From assembly GCF_006345805.1 (NCBI RefSeq), contig NC_043001.1, positions 80,352,001-80,416,000 of the forward strand: a stretch of DNA of 64,000 bases, given 5' to 3'. The position numbers and the translations under genes were made by a program. The notes under the pieces were generated by a model. That model was not told where the DNA came from, made no database searches, and saw nothing but the letters and a program-made list of their open reading frames with translations. Source of the DNA: Octopus sinensis (Eukaryota). Positions within the stretch are counted from its first letter, which is position 1; every line of letters begins with the position of its first letter. Of this stretch, positions 41,330 to 53,474 are shown piece after piece.

Positions 41330-41870
41330 TTGATGTAACTTGGTATTAGGGTAAATGGCTAAGATGCTGATGTCAGATCCAGAAAATCATAAGCTTGGAC
41401 AGCGTGTCATACAGTCAAGAGAATGTGAAAGTCAAGACCGTCAGGAGGTGCAAAAAGAATTTTTGCCATTGATGAGTCAGTCCACTTGTATGGCAGCAAA
41501 ACATGGTCGCGTACCAAGCAAAGGCGAGTTTAAATGGCAGCTACATAAGGATGTGAGATCGCAGCCCTGAATGCAAAATCGCAGCAGCGTATGATCAATG
41601 ACCATCTCCGTGGATGTCTGCAGAAGTGACTAAGATGAGAAAACAACGTCTCCGTAAATCAGGTTATTGCATATGGCACCAGAAAGAAGACGCATCAAAA
41701 CTTATGCTCTGCGACCCATAGCGTTGGAGACGCCGTCTGATATTTATCGACAAGCTGAAGGAGGACACGGAATTGGATTCTACCAACGAACTACAATTGG
41801 CGACGCTGGATCGAGATGCTCGGTGAAATGGCTTTGTCTTCGATAACTGGATGAGAGTCCCACCAAAGTA
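41330..41870 (+). mobile_element. RTE-clade LINE, RT C-terminal remnant
   Basis: ESVHLYGSKTWS, LNGSYIRM, SGYC..ASKLML, FIDKLKEDT, LDRD motifs across frameshifts. Confidence 0.8.
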
Positions 41871-42057
41871 GTGTGTTGCCGACTATTGAGAGAAATAAAC
41901 TCAAATTCAGCGGGTAGTGAACTCAAAATATAAAGATTTATAAACAGACAGCGTAAGGTCATTCGTCTAACGTCCTATACATTCTGCCAAAATAGTTCTG
42001 TTATGCTCAGAGCTATTTATCCCTTTCTGCTATAGCCATAATGAAAGCCAGATAGTT

Positions 42058-42415
42058 ACTCTTGTTTTACTCTTTTATTTGTTTCAGTCATTTCACTGCC
42101 GCCATGCTGGAGCACCACCTTTTAGTCAAACAAATCGACCCCAGGACTTATTCTTTGTAAGCCTAGTACTTATACTATCGATCCCTTTTGCCGACCCACT
42201 AAGTTACAGGGACGTAAACCTACCAGCATCCGTTGTCAAGCGATGGAGGGTGGACAAACACACAAATATGTACACACACATATACACATATACATATATA
42301 TATTACATTAAAAATAATATACATATGTATATAAATTATATGTATATATATATATACATATACACATATATGTATATATATACATATATATACACACAAC
42401 ACATACACACACATA

Positions 42416-42487
<72 letters not shown>

Positions 42488-42651
42488 GACGAGCTTCTTT
42501 CAATTTCTGTCAACCAAATCCACTCACAAGGTATTGGTAGGCCCCGAGGACTATTGTAGAAGACACTTGCCCAAGGTGCAACGCAGCGGGACTGAATCCG
42601 GAACCTTGAGGTCGGTAAGCAAGCCACTTACCACACAGCCACTCCTGCGCC
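42058..42651 (-). mobile_element. SINE family B with expanded internal (TA)n
   Basis: 3' end at 42058; head ..ttaccacacagccactcctgcgcc at 42651. Confidence 0.92.
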
Positions 42652-43001
42652 TATGTAAATCTTATTAAGAAGGGGGCGAAAGAGAAAAACAGTATTTAAC
42701 AATTCAGCTTCCTCTTTGCTTTATGCTGACGTATTACATCCCAAAGACTGGTCATTTCACAACTGATAACAAAACACCTTATGTAAGAATAAAATCTAAA
42801 ATACGAATTCTGAAATTTCCGTTGTAACCATTCCTTCATTGTCAGCGAAAAAATCCGACCGAGATGAAAATGGAAGAAAAGATAAGAGAAGGGGGTTGAG
42901 AAGGTACATGCATTTCATTTTGTTTGATACTTTTGTTGTATTTTATAACCTGAGTATTGTAGTAAATTGTTGTTTTTGCTGATGGTTGTTGTCGTTTTAA
43001 G

Positions 43002-43081
43002 TAAAGGAAATAGAATGTGCCAATGAAATAATGCTGTCGTTGATAACCACCAGTGGTAGCATGGCAAATAACAGGCACCTG
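43002..43081 (+). other. Candidate 80-nt exon
   Basis: gttgtcgttttaag acceptor, CTG|GTGAGT donor, one open frame KEIECANEIMLSLITTSGSMANNRHL. Confidence 0.25.
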
Positions 43082-43348
43082 GTGAGTCATTTTATTCATA
43101 GGCGGCTGTCAAGAAGTAATAGATGATGAAGTCTATATATGTATTGTAAGTGTATATACATACCTATGTGTGTGCGCGGGCGTTTGTGTATGTATATATA
43201 TGTGTATGTGTGTGTAAATATATATTCAATGTATATATATGGTAATATGTATGTATAGAATTATATTTCATATATATATATATAATATTATATATATATA
43301 TATAATATTATATATATATATGCATGTATGTATACGTACATGTGAATA

Positions 43349-43385
<37 letters not shown>

Positions 43386-43674
43386 ATAGATAGATCGATC
43401 GATTGATCGATAGATAGAGAGATAGATAGATAGATACATTTCTGTCCAGGATTGTTTTGGACCTGTGTTTGTATGCTACCAATTGTAGCTTTGTCCCCTT
43501 TGAGTTTCACCGTTTCCCAAAATTATTTCACGTGTCTCGAAGTTTCAAAATCCCTATGACGTCAAACAATATATATAATATATATTATATATATATATTA
43601 TATATATATATTATATATATATATATATATAATATAGGTATACATATATATGTATGTATACATATGCATATATT

Positions 43675-43726
<52 letters not shown>

Positions 43727-44131
43727 TATGTATACATATATATAGTTGTGTGTGTACATATATGCATGCTTATCCATGTGTGTGATGTGTGTGTGTGTGT
43801 GGTGTGTGTGTGTGTGTGTGCGTGTGTGTGCAACGTATATAGCTTGTCATTTATTTGCGATAAACATATTCCCAAAAACATTGTTGCTGAAAATCCAATT
43901 CTAAGTTCTATGACTGTTGTTTACTAACTTTAGACGCAAGAAAATTTCTAATAAAAAATCTATTTTTAATTTTATTTATTTACTTATTTATTCATTTATT
44001 TATTTGCCACCCCAGGAAGTACACGAATTGAAAATTCTGTTGAATAACATATTACTTGATAAGAATATATATGTGTGTGTGTGTGTGTGTATCCACATAC
44101 ATATATATATATATATATATGTTTTGTAAAT

Positions 44132-44541
44132 TTTTCATTGAGTTCATTCGTTTGTTTATTTATTTATTGAATATCGATAGAAGCAGTCTTACAACTAGAA
44201 TCTAGAGTCTCGAAGACATTGCAGGTGTGATATTAATTAGCCGTTAAATAGATCAGTTGGGAATTTACACCAAAACTGTCTACTATTTGAAAGAGACCTT
44301 CACCCTTGATTGTCATACAGGTGGATGTGAATTATATATAAGGCATCCCCAGCATGGCCACAGTCTAACGACTGAAATAAGTAAAAACAAAAATATATAT
44401 ATAAGGTTGTCCCAAAAGTTCGTAGAAAGTCTTGGAAAATAATGGTCTTTATTTTGAGGAATAATTTTTGTTGTTTTTGTTAGTACTTGGCGAGTAAAAA
44501 TTCAATTTTCGCAAGTGTTTACGAACTTTTGGGACAACCTA

Positions 44542-44588
<47 letters not shown>

Positions 44589-44800
44589 TGTATGTATGTA
44601 TGTATGTATGTATGTATGCATGTATGTATGTATGTATGTATGTAAGCATGTATGCATGTATATAAGCGAGTATGGGTGTATGGGAGGGAGTTATGAAAAG
44701 CTCCTGGCGTCGAGAGTATTCATTTCTACTCTCGGCACAAGGCCCGAACCTTTTTGGGAGGGACCAGTCGATTAGATCGACCTCAGTACGCAACTATATT

Positions 44801-44860
<60 letters not shown>

Positions 44861-45449
44861 TGTGTTTGTGTGTGTGTTAGTGTGTATACACGACAGGCTT
44901 CTATCAGTCTTTGTCTAACAAATCCATTCACAAGGCTTTTAGTCGGCCCGAGTCTATAGTAAAAGACATTCTTCCAAGGTTCCACGCAGCGGAACTGAAC
45001 CCGATATGATGTGGCTGGGAAGCAAGCTTCGTCTTATTGTTCAAGTGTACAAAAAACAAAAGACAGAGACAGGTAAGGAAACAACAAACAAGGCCTATTT
45101 AGTTTGACGTACGGAAAAAAGTCTTCGTCATTACAAACCTACGCTCTTCCACATAAATGAATGAGGAACAAAAACAACAAAAAAATGAGAGAAAAATGGC
45201 GATTGCTCCAACTTCACAGATGATTTCCTTCTCTTTGTGCATCTCCGTTTTCAATCGCACCCTTGACTTTCCTTTTCACTGAGATGATTCGTCTGTTTAT
45301 TTACTAATTTATTGAATTTCGATAGAAGCAGACTAACAACTAGAATCGAGAGTCTCGAAGACATTGCAGGTGTGACATTAATTAGTCGTTAAGAAGATCA
45401 GTTGGAAATTAATACCAAAACTGTTACTATTTGAAAAAGACTTTCACCC
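44132..45449 (+). repeat. Direct repeat pair, ~175 bp (44132-44305 and 45273-45449)
   Basis: cgatagaagcag..acaactagaatc.agagtctcgaagacatt.gcaggtgtga.attaattag..gatcagttgg in both. Confidence 0.9.
44402..44542. mobile_element. mariner-type MITE (~140 bp)
   Basis: Perfect 21-bp TIR aggttgtcccaaaagttcgta (44404-44424 / 44520-44540) in TA context. Confidence 0.9.
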
Positions 45450-45813
45450 GTAACTTCTCAGGTGACTATACAGTCCTGTTGCAAATCCGTATGGATTCCA
45501 AATGGTTTGGTCTGAACTCGATGTCATTCTTCTATCGTCATAGGACTTTCGGTGTGTAGAATGATGAATGATGTCTGTACGTCATTGCATTATCGGGATA
45601 AACGTTTGACAACGATGTTGGCGTGTTTGCGTCCCTGTAACGTAGCGGTTCGGCAAAAAAAGAACGATAGAATAAGTATTAGGCTTTAAAAATTAAGTTC
45701 TGGTGTTGATTCATTCGTCTAAAAATCTATTTAAGGTGGTGCCCCAGCATGGCAGCAGTCAAATAACTGAAACAAGTAAAATAAATAAATAAATAAATGC
45801 TATAAAGTCATGA

Positions 45814-46120
45814 GTGGAGGCGCAATGGTGCAATGGCCCACTGGTTAGGGCAGCGGACACGCGGTCGGAGGATCGTGGTTTCGATTCCCAGACTGGGTGT
45901 TGTGTGTGTTTATTGAACGAAAACACCTAAAAGCTCCACGAAGTTCCGGGTGGGGTGGCGACACCTGTTGTACTCTTTCGCCCCAACTTTCTCTCACTCT
46001 CTCTTCCTGTTTCTTGAGTAATGCTGCGATGAACTGGCGTCTCGTCCAGCTGGGGTGGGGGTACACATACGCCACAGAAACCGGGTAACCGGGCCATGAT
46101 CTAGGCTTGAAAAGGGCGAC
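45814..46120 (+). mobile_element. SINE family D
   Basis: gtggaggcgcaatgg..ggttagggcagcggac..gtttcgattccc; tail cacatacgccacagaaaccgggtaaccgggccatga; SINE-B fragments lie upstream (44870-45030, 45600-45785). Confidence 0.85.
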
Positions 46121-46799
46121 ATTTATCGTTTATAAAGTCATGGGGTTTGAGAGGTGACTTCCATAGGATTATATCTTCTATCCGTTTCGGTCATTAGACT
46201 ACGGTCATGCTGGAGTACCACCATGAAAAATTGTAGTCGAATGAATCTACTCCAGAACTTTTCTATTTTTTTTATATTCACATAATTTTATTGTTTGGAT
46301 TTTCTGGATTTTGGCATTGTTGAAAGCCGAGTCCACAAGCGGAGCTTCGAATCCTCACCCTTCTCATAGTGGGGGAACCTATCACTCAGAATCCGGTTAT
46401 CTATGAGAGCAGTTACATGTCATATCAACGGCAAGATTACTAAAGCAATATCTCATTTGCATCAATAAAAAAAAAGAACACCCGGATCTCAGACAGAATG
46501 GAATAAACACCAGACTAAGGAAAGAAAAAAAAATGCGGGGTGAATTGGCATCTATTTCTAGCAGGATGAGCTCCGCAGAAGACCATGAAGGGATCGCAAT
46601 GAATCTGTTTCTCTGAGTTGTTATTAACAAAGAACCTTCAGTTCATATCCGTATAGTACACAATAACGGCACCAACGGAAAACAAGCAAACTTCCCTGTT
46701 TGTTGTTCAAAAACTTCAGTTGCAACAAATTCTACAGATTCTTTAGATTAATTAACCAATAATTAGCAGCTGATTCAAATGAGAAGGCAGCATCTAAGG

Positions 46800-48070
46800 G
46801 TGATTAAGTGTGTCTGTGTCTCGATATTTGTCTATGTGGCGGCGGTGGGGTGTCTTACTATGTTTGCGATTTCAACAATTCTATTGTGTTTCTGTGTCAG
46901 GTCTATTGTTTGACTTTGTATGTTGATGTATATGTGTGTGCGTGTGTGTGAGTGCATGTGTGTGTGCCTGTGTGTGTATGTGTGTGCGTGTATATGTATG
47001 TTTGAGTTTATGCGTATTTGCTTTTATGAGTTACATGTAGATGTTTCTTCTTGCAAATTGTGTGTGTGTGTGTGTGTGTGTGTGTATTCGTGTATATGTG
47101 TGTCTGAGTTTGCGTGCGTGTGTATTTGTACTCGTCAGTTGCGTGTATATGTTTCTTATTGTAACCTGTGTGTGTGTATGTGTGTTCAACTACAATTCTA
47201 TTGTAGGCGTATATGAGTTACACTCCGTGGCAGTCTTATGGTTTTGTGTTTATGTGTGAAGTGTGTGTACGCAAGTATGTGTGTATATGTGTATGCTTGT
47301 ATGTATGTAACTGTTTGACTTCTTTTACTTTACAGTGTGCGTCTGTATGGGAATTTTATGATGTGTGTGTATGTGTGTGATTACTCCAAACTTCACCAAT
47401 TTTATTGATTGTATGTGTGTGTATCTATGGAAATTTTTATAACGTATATGCTCATATGCGTGTGTTTGTGTATGTGTGTATATGTGCGTATGTGTGTGAA
47501 CGTATTTGTATGTGTGTGTGTATGTGTTTATCTAACACTTCCACAATCTTGTCTGTATATGTATGGAAATTTTATGATTTGTTTGCGCCTATATATGTGT
47601 GAGTGTGTGTGTATGTGTGCATTTATGTGTGTGCATATATATATATATATATATATGCGTTTATATCTTGTGTTATGTGTTCGTGTATGCGTGTGTGTGT
47701 GTGTGTGTTTATCTTAAATTTCATTTATCTTATTGTGTGGGTATGGGAATTAATGATGCATTTATGTACATGTATGAGCTTGTGTGGGTGTGATTTAATG
47801 TGTGTGCATGTCTAAGACTTCATGTATCTTATGTGTGCGTATGTATACGTATTCTATTACGTGTTTGTGTATACATCTGCGTGTGTCTATATCTGTGTGA
47901 ATGTGAGTGTGCCTGTGAGTGTGTGTTCGTGCGTGTGTTTGTGTGTGTGTGCTTGTATGTGCACTTGTATGTGTGTGTGTGCTTGCGTGTGCACTTGTAT
48001 GTGTGTGTGTGCTTGTGTGTGTGTGTTTGTTCGTGTGTGTGTGTGTGTGCGTGTGAGCGCGCGCGAGCGT
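46800..48070. repeat. Degenerate (GT)n-rich field
   Basis: Seen directly. Confidence 0.9.
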
Positions 48071-48897
48071 GTGGTCCAAAACGATTCCAGTGGTATGATC
48101 TTAGAAATGAAGTGTTACTACAATGCAGTAAAAACATCCATTAAATGTGAAGTATGTGTTTGCAAAAGAAAGAGAGAGAAACACGGAAAGATAGAGCGAA
48201 AGAAAGACACAAAGTGAAGGAGAGAGATAGGGCATAGACAAACAGAGAGAGAGAGAGAGATAGAGTGAGTGAGTGAGTGAGTGAGATGGCGGACGAGAAA
48301 GAGAGGCTAACGAAAGAAAATGAAGACTCGATACATATACGAAGTCTTATTCATTTGTTCGTCGATAAAAGCTGTACGTAACTCGGTCGCTTTATATAAC
48401 TCACCATATTGGCATTTCAATTAATTATTTCTGTAATAAGAGAATATTTCAAGCTTGGCTTCTTTCTATATCTCTGTGCAGTGAGAACGATGCATGCTTT
48501 CTCAGTCAGACAGACTTATTTATATATCAATTAATAAGTATCTAGAACAGATTATTATGTGGTGGGGGTAGATTTGGCAATTAGTGCATGGGAGAAATTA
48601 AGTGATACACCATAAAGCATATGAATGAAATAAACGAAATAATTCGTTTTTATATGGAAAATGAGAGTTTAGACGTGAATGCACCGAAGCAGAAGGGGAA
48701 ACAAGTAGGATGATCTCACCATCCTTCGATGGCTCAGCTTACACATTTTATAACACACAAAAATTGTTTTGGAGTAAAGTTTGCAAAATAAAACTGTTCT
48801 ATTACAATTCATTTGGGTGTGTATGTAATATATATATATATATACACACAACGTATATATATAATATATATATATATACATACATATACATACACAC

Positions 48898-48994
<97 letters not shown>

Positions 48995-49800
48995 ATCGTT
49001 TATACATACAAACATATATATTTACGTACATACAAAAATACATGCATGTACATATACTTAAATATATACATAAGCAGATCTTTGCCTTTCATCTCGGACT
49101 GTGGCTACGTTGGGGCATTGTCTTGAAGGGTTTAGCCGAACAAATGGAACTCATTACTTATTCTAAAGCCTGCTCTTTATTCTATCGATATCTTTTACCA
49201 AACAAAGGACAGTAGCAATCAACTAACGATTATTTTGGCTGGAAAGAAACCCCTGTCGCATTGCATGATATGAAAACAAACAACTGCTTTTTCGCTTTAA
49301 ATTGTTATATGTAATCATGATATTATCTCCCTTTATTGTCAATAATATATCCCCTTCTATTTAACAAATTCTTGATTCCCTCGTGCGTAAAATTATTTAG
49401 CAAAGAAACACTCAATATCATTTGTAATCTTTTCGCAATTCGTTAATAGTTTACCTTGTAAATAATGTTACAATCATCTGAAAAGATTATATCACATTTT
49501 GCTTTGGATTTTCCTCAACTACAGTTCTCAGAAATTCAATATTGACTGAACATTTTCGTCCAGATCGAGGGTAATTTGCGAGAGGCCAAACCATGATTGG
49601 CATGTCTGAACGCTTAAAGCTTCATTTCAGAATGAATATTTCTTTCCGCTTCTTATTGCTAAAGCGTTCATTTGCATTCATACAACATGCAAAGCTTGAT
49701 ATGACTCTGATCTAAATTAAATAAGTAAAATCGATATGAATTTAATTGCTAAGGTAAAAAGTAATCAACGAAGAAAGATAAATCATTTGAATGTAAATAT

Positions 49801-50215
49801 CGGTTTGGAATTTTGCCACAAGGGCAGTAGTTTCGGGGGAGAGGGTACGTCGATCACATTTATCCTAGTGATCAACTGGTATTTATTTTATCGACCTCGA
49901 GAGTATAAAAAGCAATGTCGACCTCGGTGGCATTTGAACTCAGAACAAAAAGACGGACAAAAGGCCGCTAAGCATTTTGCCCCGCGTGTTAATGTAAATA
50001 TTGATTTCAAATTTTGGCACAAAGCCAGCAATTTCCGGGAGGGGTGTTAGTTAATTACATCAATCCCAGTTCTCAACTGGAACTTATTTTATCGACCATG
50101 AAAGGATGAAAGGCAAAGTCGACTTCTACGGAATTTGAACTCAGAATATAAAGGCGGGCGTAATGCTGCTAAGCATTTCTCCTGTTGTGATAACGATTCT
50201 GCCAGCTCGCTGCCT
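49801..50215 (-). mobile_element. Two stacked SINE family A copies (49801-49990, 50002-50215)
   Basis: First copy 5'-truncated, bounded by TSD aatgtaaatat (49790-49800, 49991-50001). Confidence 0.88.
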
Positions 50216-50230
50216 GTAAGAGAGTAAATA

Positions 50231-50492
50231 ATAAATAATAAATGCGCCCTTTTAAAGCCTAGCCAGGATCATGGGCCCGGTTTCCCGGTTTCTATGGCGT
50301 ATGTGCGCCCCAGCTGGGCGGGACACCAGTCCATCGCAGCGTTACTCATTTTTGCCAGCTGAGTGGACTGGAGCAACGTGAAATGAAGTGTTTTGCTCAA
50401 GAACACAACGCGTCGCCCGGTCCAGGAACCGAAACCACAATCTTACGATCATGATGCTGACACCCTAACCACTAAGTCACGCGCCTCCACTA
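50231..50492 (-). mobile_element. SINE with family C head/core and family D-type tail
   Basis: 14-bp TSD taagagagtaaata (50217-50230, 50493-50506). Confidence 0.92.
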
Positions 50493-51173
50493 TAAGAGAG
50501 TAAATATTAATACTTATTTCGCTGTAAAAAGTACTTTAAAAATGGTCGTATCAATAATGTGACAAGGTTTCTTTCCAGCCTAATAGATATTTAGGATATA
50601 TTTCCTTACCCCAACTTCGGTCTCCCACATATTTCCGCTGTGTCTATGAGAAAACGTTCCCAACGTCCCTCACCGTTCCGGAAATCAACATTCTTTTACT
50701 GCTTCTATTACACATAAGATAACGTGAATAATGCTATATGAGACACCCACTGCAATCCACCGTAGCACTTTTAACTTCACAATCAGAATATTTTGCAACA
50801 GTCAGCCAATACGTACCGTAATATCGAGGCGGGGTGCTGTGGAAACACATGAGGACAGTACACGCATACCAGATACACACAAGTGTGTACGACTCTGTAA
50901 GCATGTATATATATTTTTACATACATATGTTTCGTTGAATATAACTTCATATATGTGTGTGTGTGTTTGTATACATATGTATTTATATATACACATATGT
51001 GTGTATACACATGTATGTATGTATGTATGTATGTATGTATGTATGTATGTATGTATTTATGTATGTATGTGGTGTACAGAATGTATATATTAAGAAAAAG
51101 AAGGTTGTCAAGATCTGGATAAAAACTAAGAGACGAAAATTCATACCTTTTATACATATGTCAATTGTATGCA

Positions 51174-51485
51174 CACGAGCATATGGCGTAGTGGTTAACA
51201 GAGCGGGCTATTAACCCCAAGATTCCGAGTTCGATTCCAGGAAGTAACCTAAATAATAATAATAATAATAATGATGATGATGATGATGATAATAATAATA
51301 ACAACAACAACAACGAAAAATACCCTAGGAATGAGATCCCAGGTTCGAAATTTTCCCTAAGACACCTGATGAAGACTGGAAGGTATATCTGCCGAAACGT
51401 TGTGCTAATAACAAACAAGATGAGGACAAATATCCGTCAAATGTAAATAATGTGCATAATTCCTCATCTCTTAAATATAGAACGG
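51174..51485 (+). mobile_element. tRNA-headed SINE-like unit with hammerhead-bearing tail
   Basis: A box TGGCGTAGTGG 51184-94, B box GTTCGATTCC 51229-38, (AAT/GAT/AAC)n spacer, non-repetitive tail containing a hammerhead motif. Confidence 0.7.
51361..51406 (+). ncRNA. Minimal type-I hammerhead-like motif, canonical core
   Basis: gacac-CTGATGA-A-GACTG gaaggtatat CTGCC-GAAA-CG-TT-gtgct; predicted cut after 51401; stem II has 2 mismatches and stem I has 1 in this copy. Confidence 0.65.
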
Positions 51486-51859
51486 TATTATATGTCAGTT
51501 CAAGAAGAAACTGGATATGAATTTGTTTGCTTGGGTTTCGGAAAGAGGATGGTTTAGGAGTGTTTTTTTGTTCAATTCCTGACTACCGTATATGTGTGTG
51601 TGTATGTGTGTGTGCGCGTGTGTGTGTGTATGTGTGTGTGCGCATGTGTGTGTGTGTGTGTGTGTGCGCGTGTGTGTGTGGGTCTGATGAATAGTGAGAT
51701 ACATAATTCAAAACAGGACATGAACATTATAAATATCGCCTTCCTTTTCCTGTAATTACTCGAAAGCATCACACATTTATATAGGAAAATATTACATGGA
51801 CCGAGATTCTAACATACACGAGCGCACGCATGTACACACACACATACGCACACACATAC

Positions 51860-52645
51860 ACACACATACTCACTCATGCAAGCTCTCCATGCACACACAC
51901 ATACTCATTCATACAAGCTCTCCACACGCACACGCACACTCACACACACATACACACTCACACATACTCATAGAAGCTCTCTCCTCACACACGCGCGCGC
52001 GCAAACACACTCTCTCTCACACACACATACACACTCACACATACTCATAGAAGCTCTCTCCTCACACACGCGCGCGCGCAAACACACTCTCTCTCACACA
52101 CACACACTCACACTCATACTCTTAAAGCTCTCCGTACGCACACACACACTCACACATACTCACTCATACAAGCTCTCTCTCCACACACACACACGCACAC
52201 ACACTCACACACACACATTCACACACTGACTCATACAAGCTCTCCACACGCACAGACCCACACACACATGCACACTCGCACGTACTCACTCATACATGCT
52301 CTCTCCACACACACACACACACACACTCACATACACACACATTCACACACATACTCATACAAGCTTTTCACACGCACACACACACACTCACACATACTTA
52401 CTCATACAAGCTCTCTCCACACACACACACTCTCACACACACACATTCACACACATACTCATACAAGCTCTTCACACGCACACACATACACACACACACA
52501 CACATTCACAAACATACTCATACAAGCTCTTTACACGCACACATACTCACACACACACACACACACTCATACATACTCATACAAGCTCTCCGCACACAAA
52601 CACACACACACACACACACACACATACTTAAACAAGCTCTCCACA
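51860..52645 (+). repeat. Compound minisatellite: ~14 copies of an atactcatacaagctct anchor with (CA)n spacers
   Basis: Anchors near 51870, 51901, 51964, 52041, 52115, 52156, 52228, 52283, 52351, 52397, 52455, 52514, 52573, 52625. Confidence 0.9.
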
Positions 52646-52908
52646 CCACACACAACATATACTTTCGTATCTACAAAAATCGGAAAAAACAGTGAAAACA
52701 TTGTTATTATAAAAGATTTTAGTCTGCTACCGTTCTGAAGTTGCTTACCCCACTTCAATAGCATGATGGATCGGGGAGGCACTTACACTTTGGGAGTGTG
52801 ATTAGTGGCAAAAGAGTAGGATGTGTAGGAGTTATTGAATAAACAAACTGTGAGGAAATTTAAATTAACAGCTACCTGGAAATAAGTCTGAGGCGTTATT
52901 ATGATATA

Positions 52909-53442
52909 CGAGGTCTATTCCAGAAGTTTTGAGACTTTTGGGGGCGTGGCAGTTATAACTGTCCTAGATTATTGTAATTTAAGTATATAATTAGTATATT
53001 TCTAATAATCTAACCTGCCAACTTTATTATTCCAGATTGAAGGAGACAGTAGCAACAGCAGCCGTCCAAGAATTTGGACCTGGAGATCTCCATTTCCAGC
53101 GACTTCGAGGGCCACCTCCCAGTGGTCTTGGGCGTTAATGAAGAGCCTTCGACTACAAGACGACCAAAGTTTTTATTTTCCAAGGTCTGGGGTTTCACCT
53201 CCCTAAGCCCTAGACTATCACCTAATCACCCTTACCCGTCTTGTTGCTTAACAACAACAACAGCAACAGCACTTTGAACGCGCCCTACTAAACACTGCTT
53301 ATTATAGCTTTCAAGTTAGTAGAATGCAGTCGGGATGTAATGACAATTTAAAGGCTCGCTATGCAATGAAGTTTTGTGTTAAACTGGGTAAAAACGTTAC
53401 AGAATCTTATATACTCCAGATTCTCTCTCTCTCTCTTTCTCC

Positions 53443-53474
<32 letters not shown>

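Noticed and set aside
50676-50834. Promoter (TTCCGGAA, CCAAT, GC-box-like GAGGCGGGG)
   Set aside because: Three short motifs without an associated exon or start site are compatible with chance.
51860-52645. CRISPR-like repeat-spacer array
   Set aside because: Spacers are low-complexity CA runs of variable length, repeats are degenerate, context is eukaryotic and there are no cas genes.
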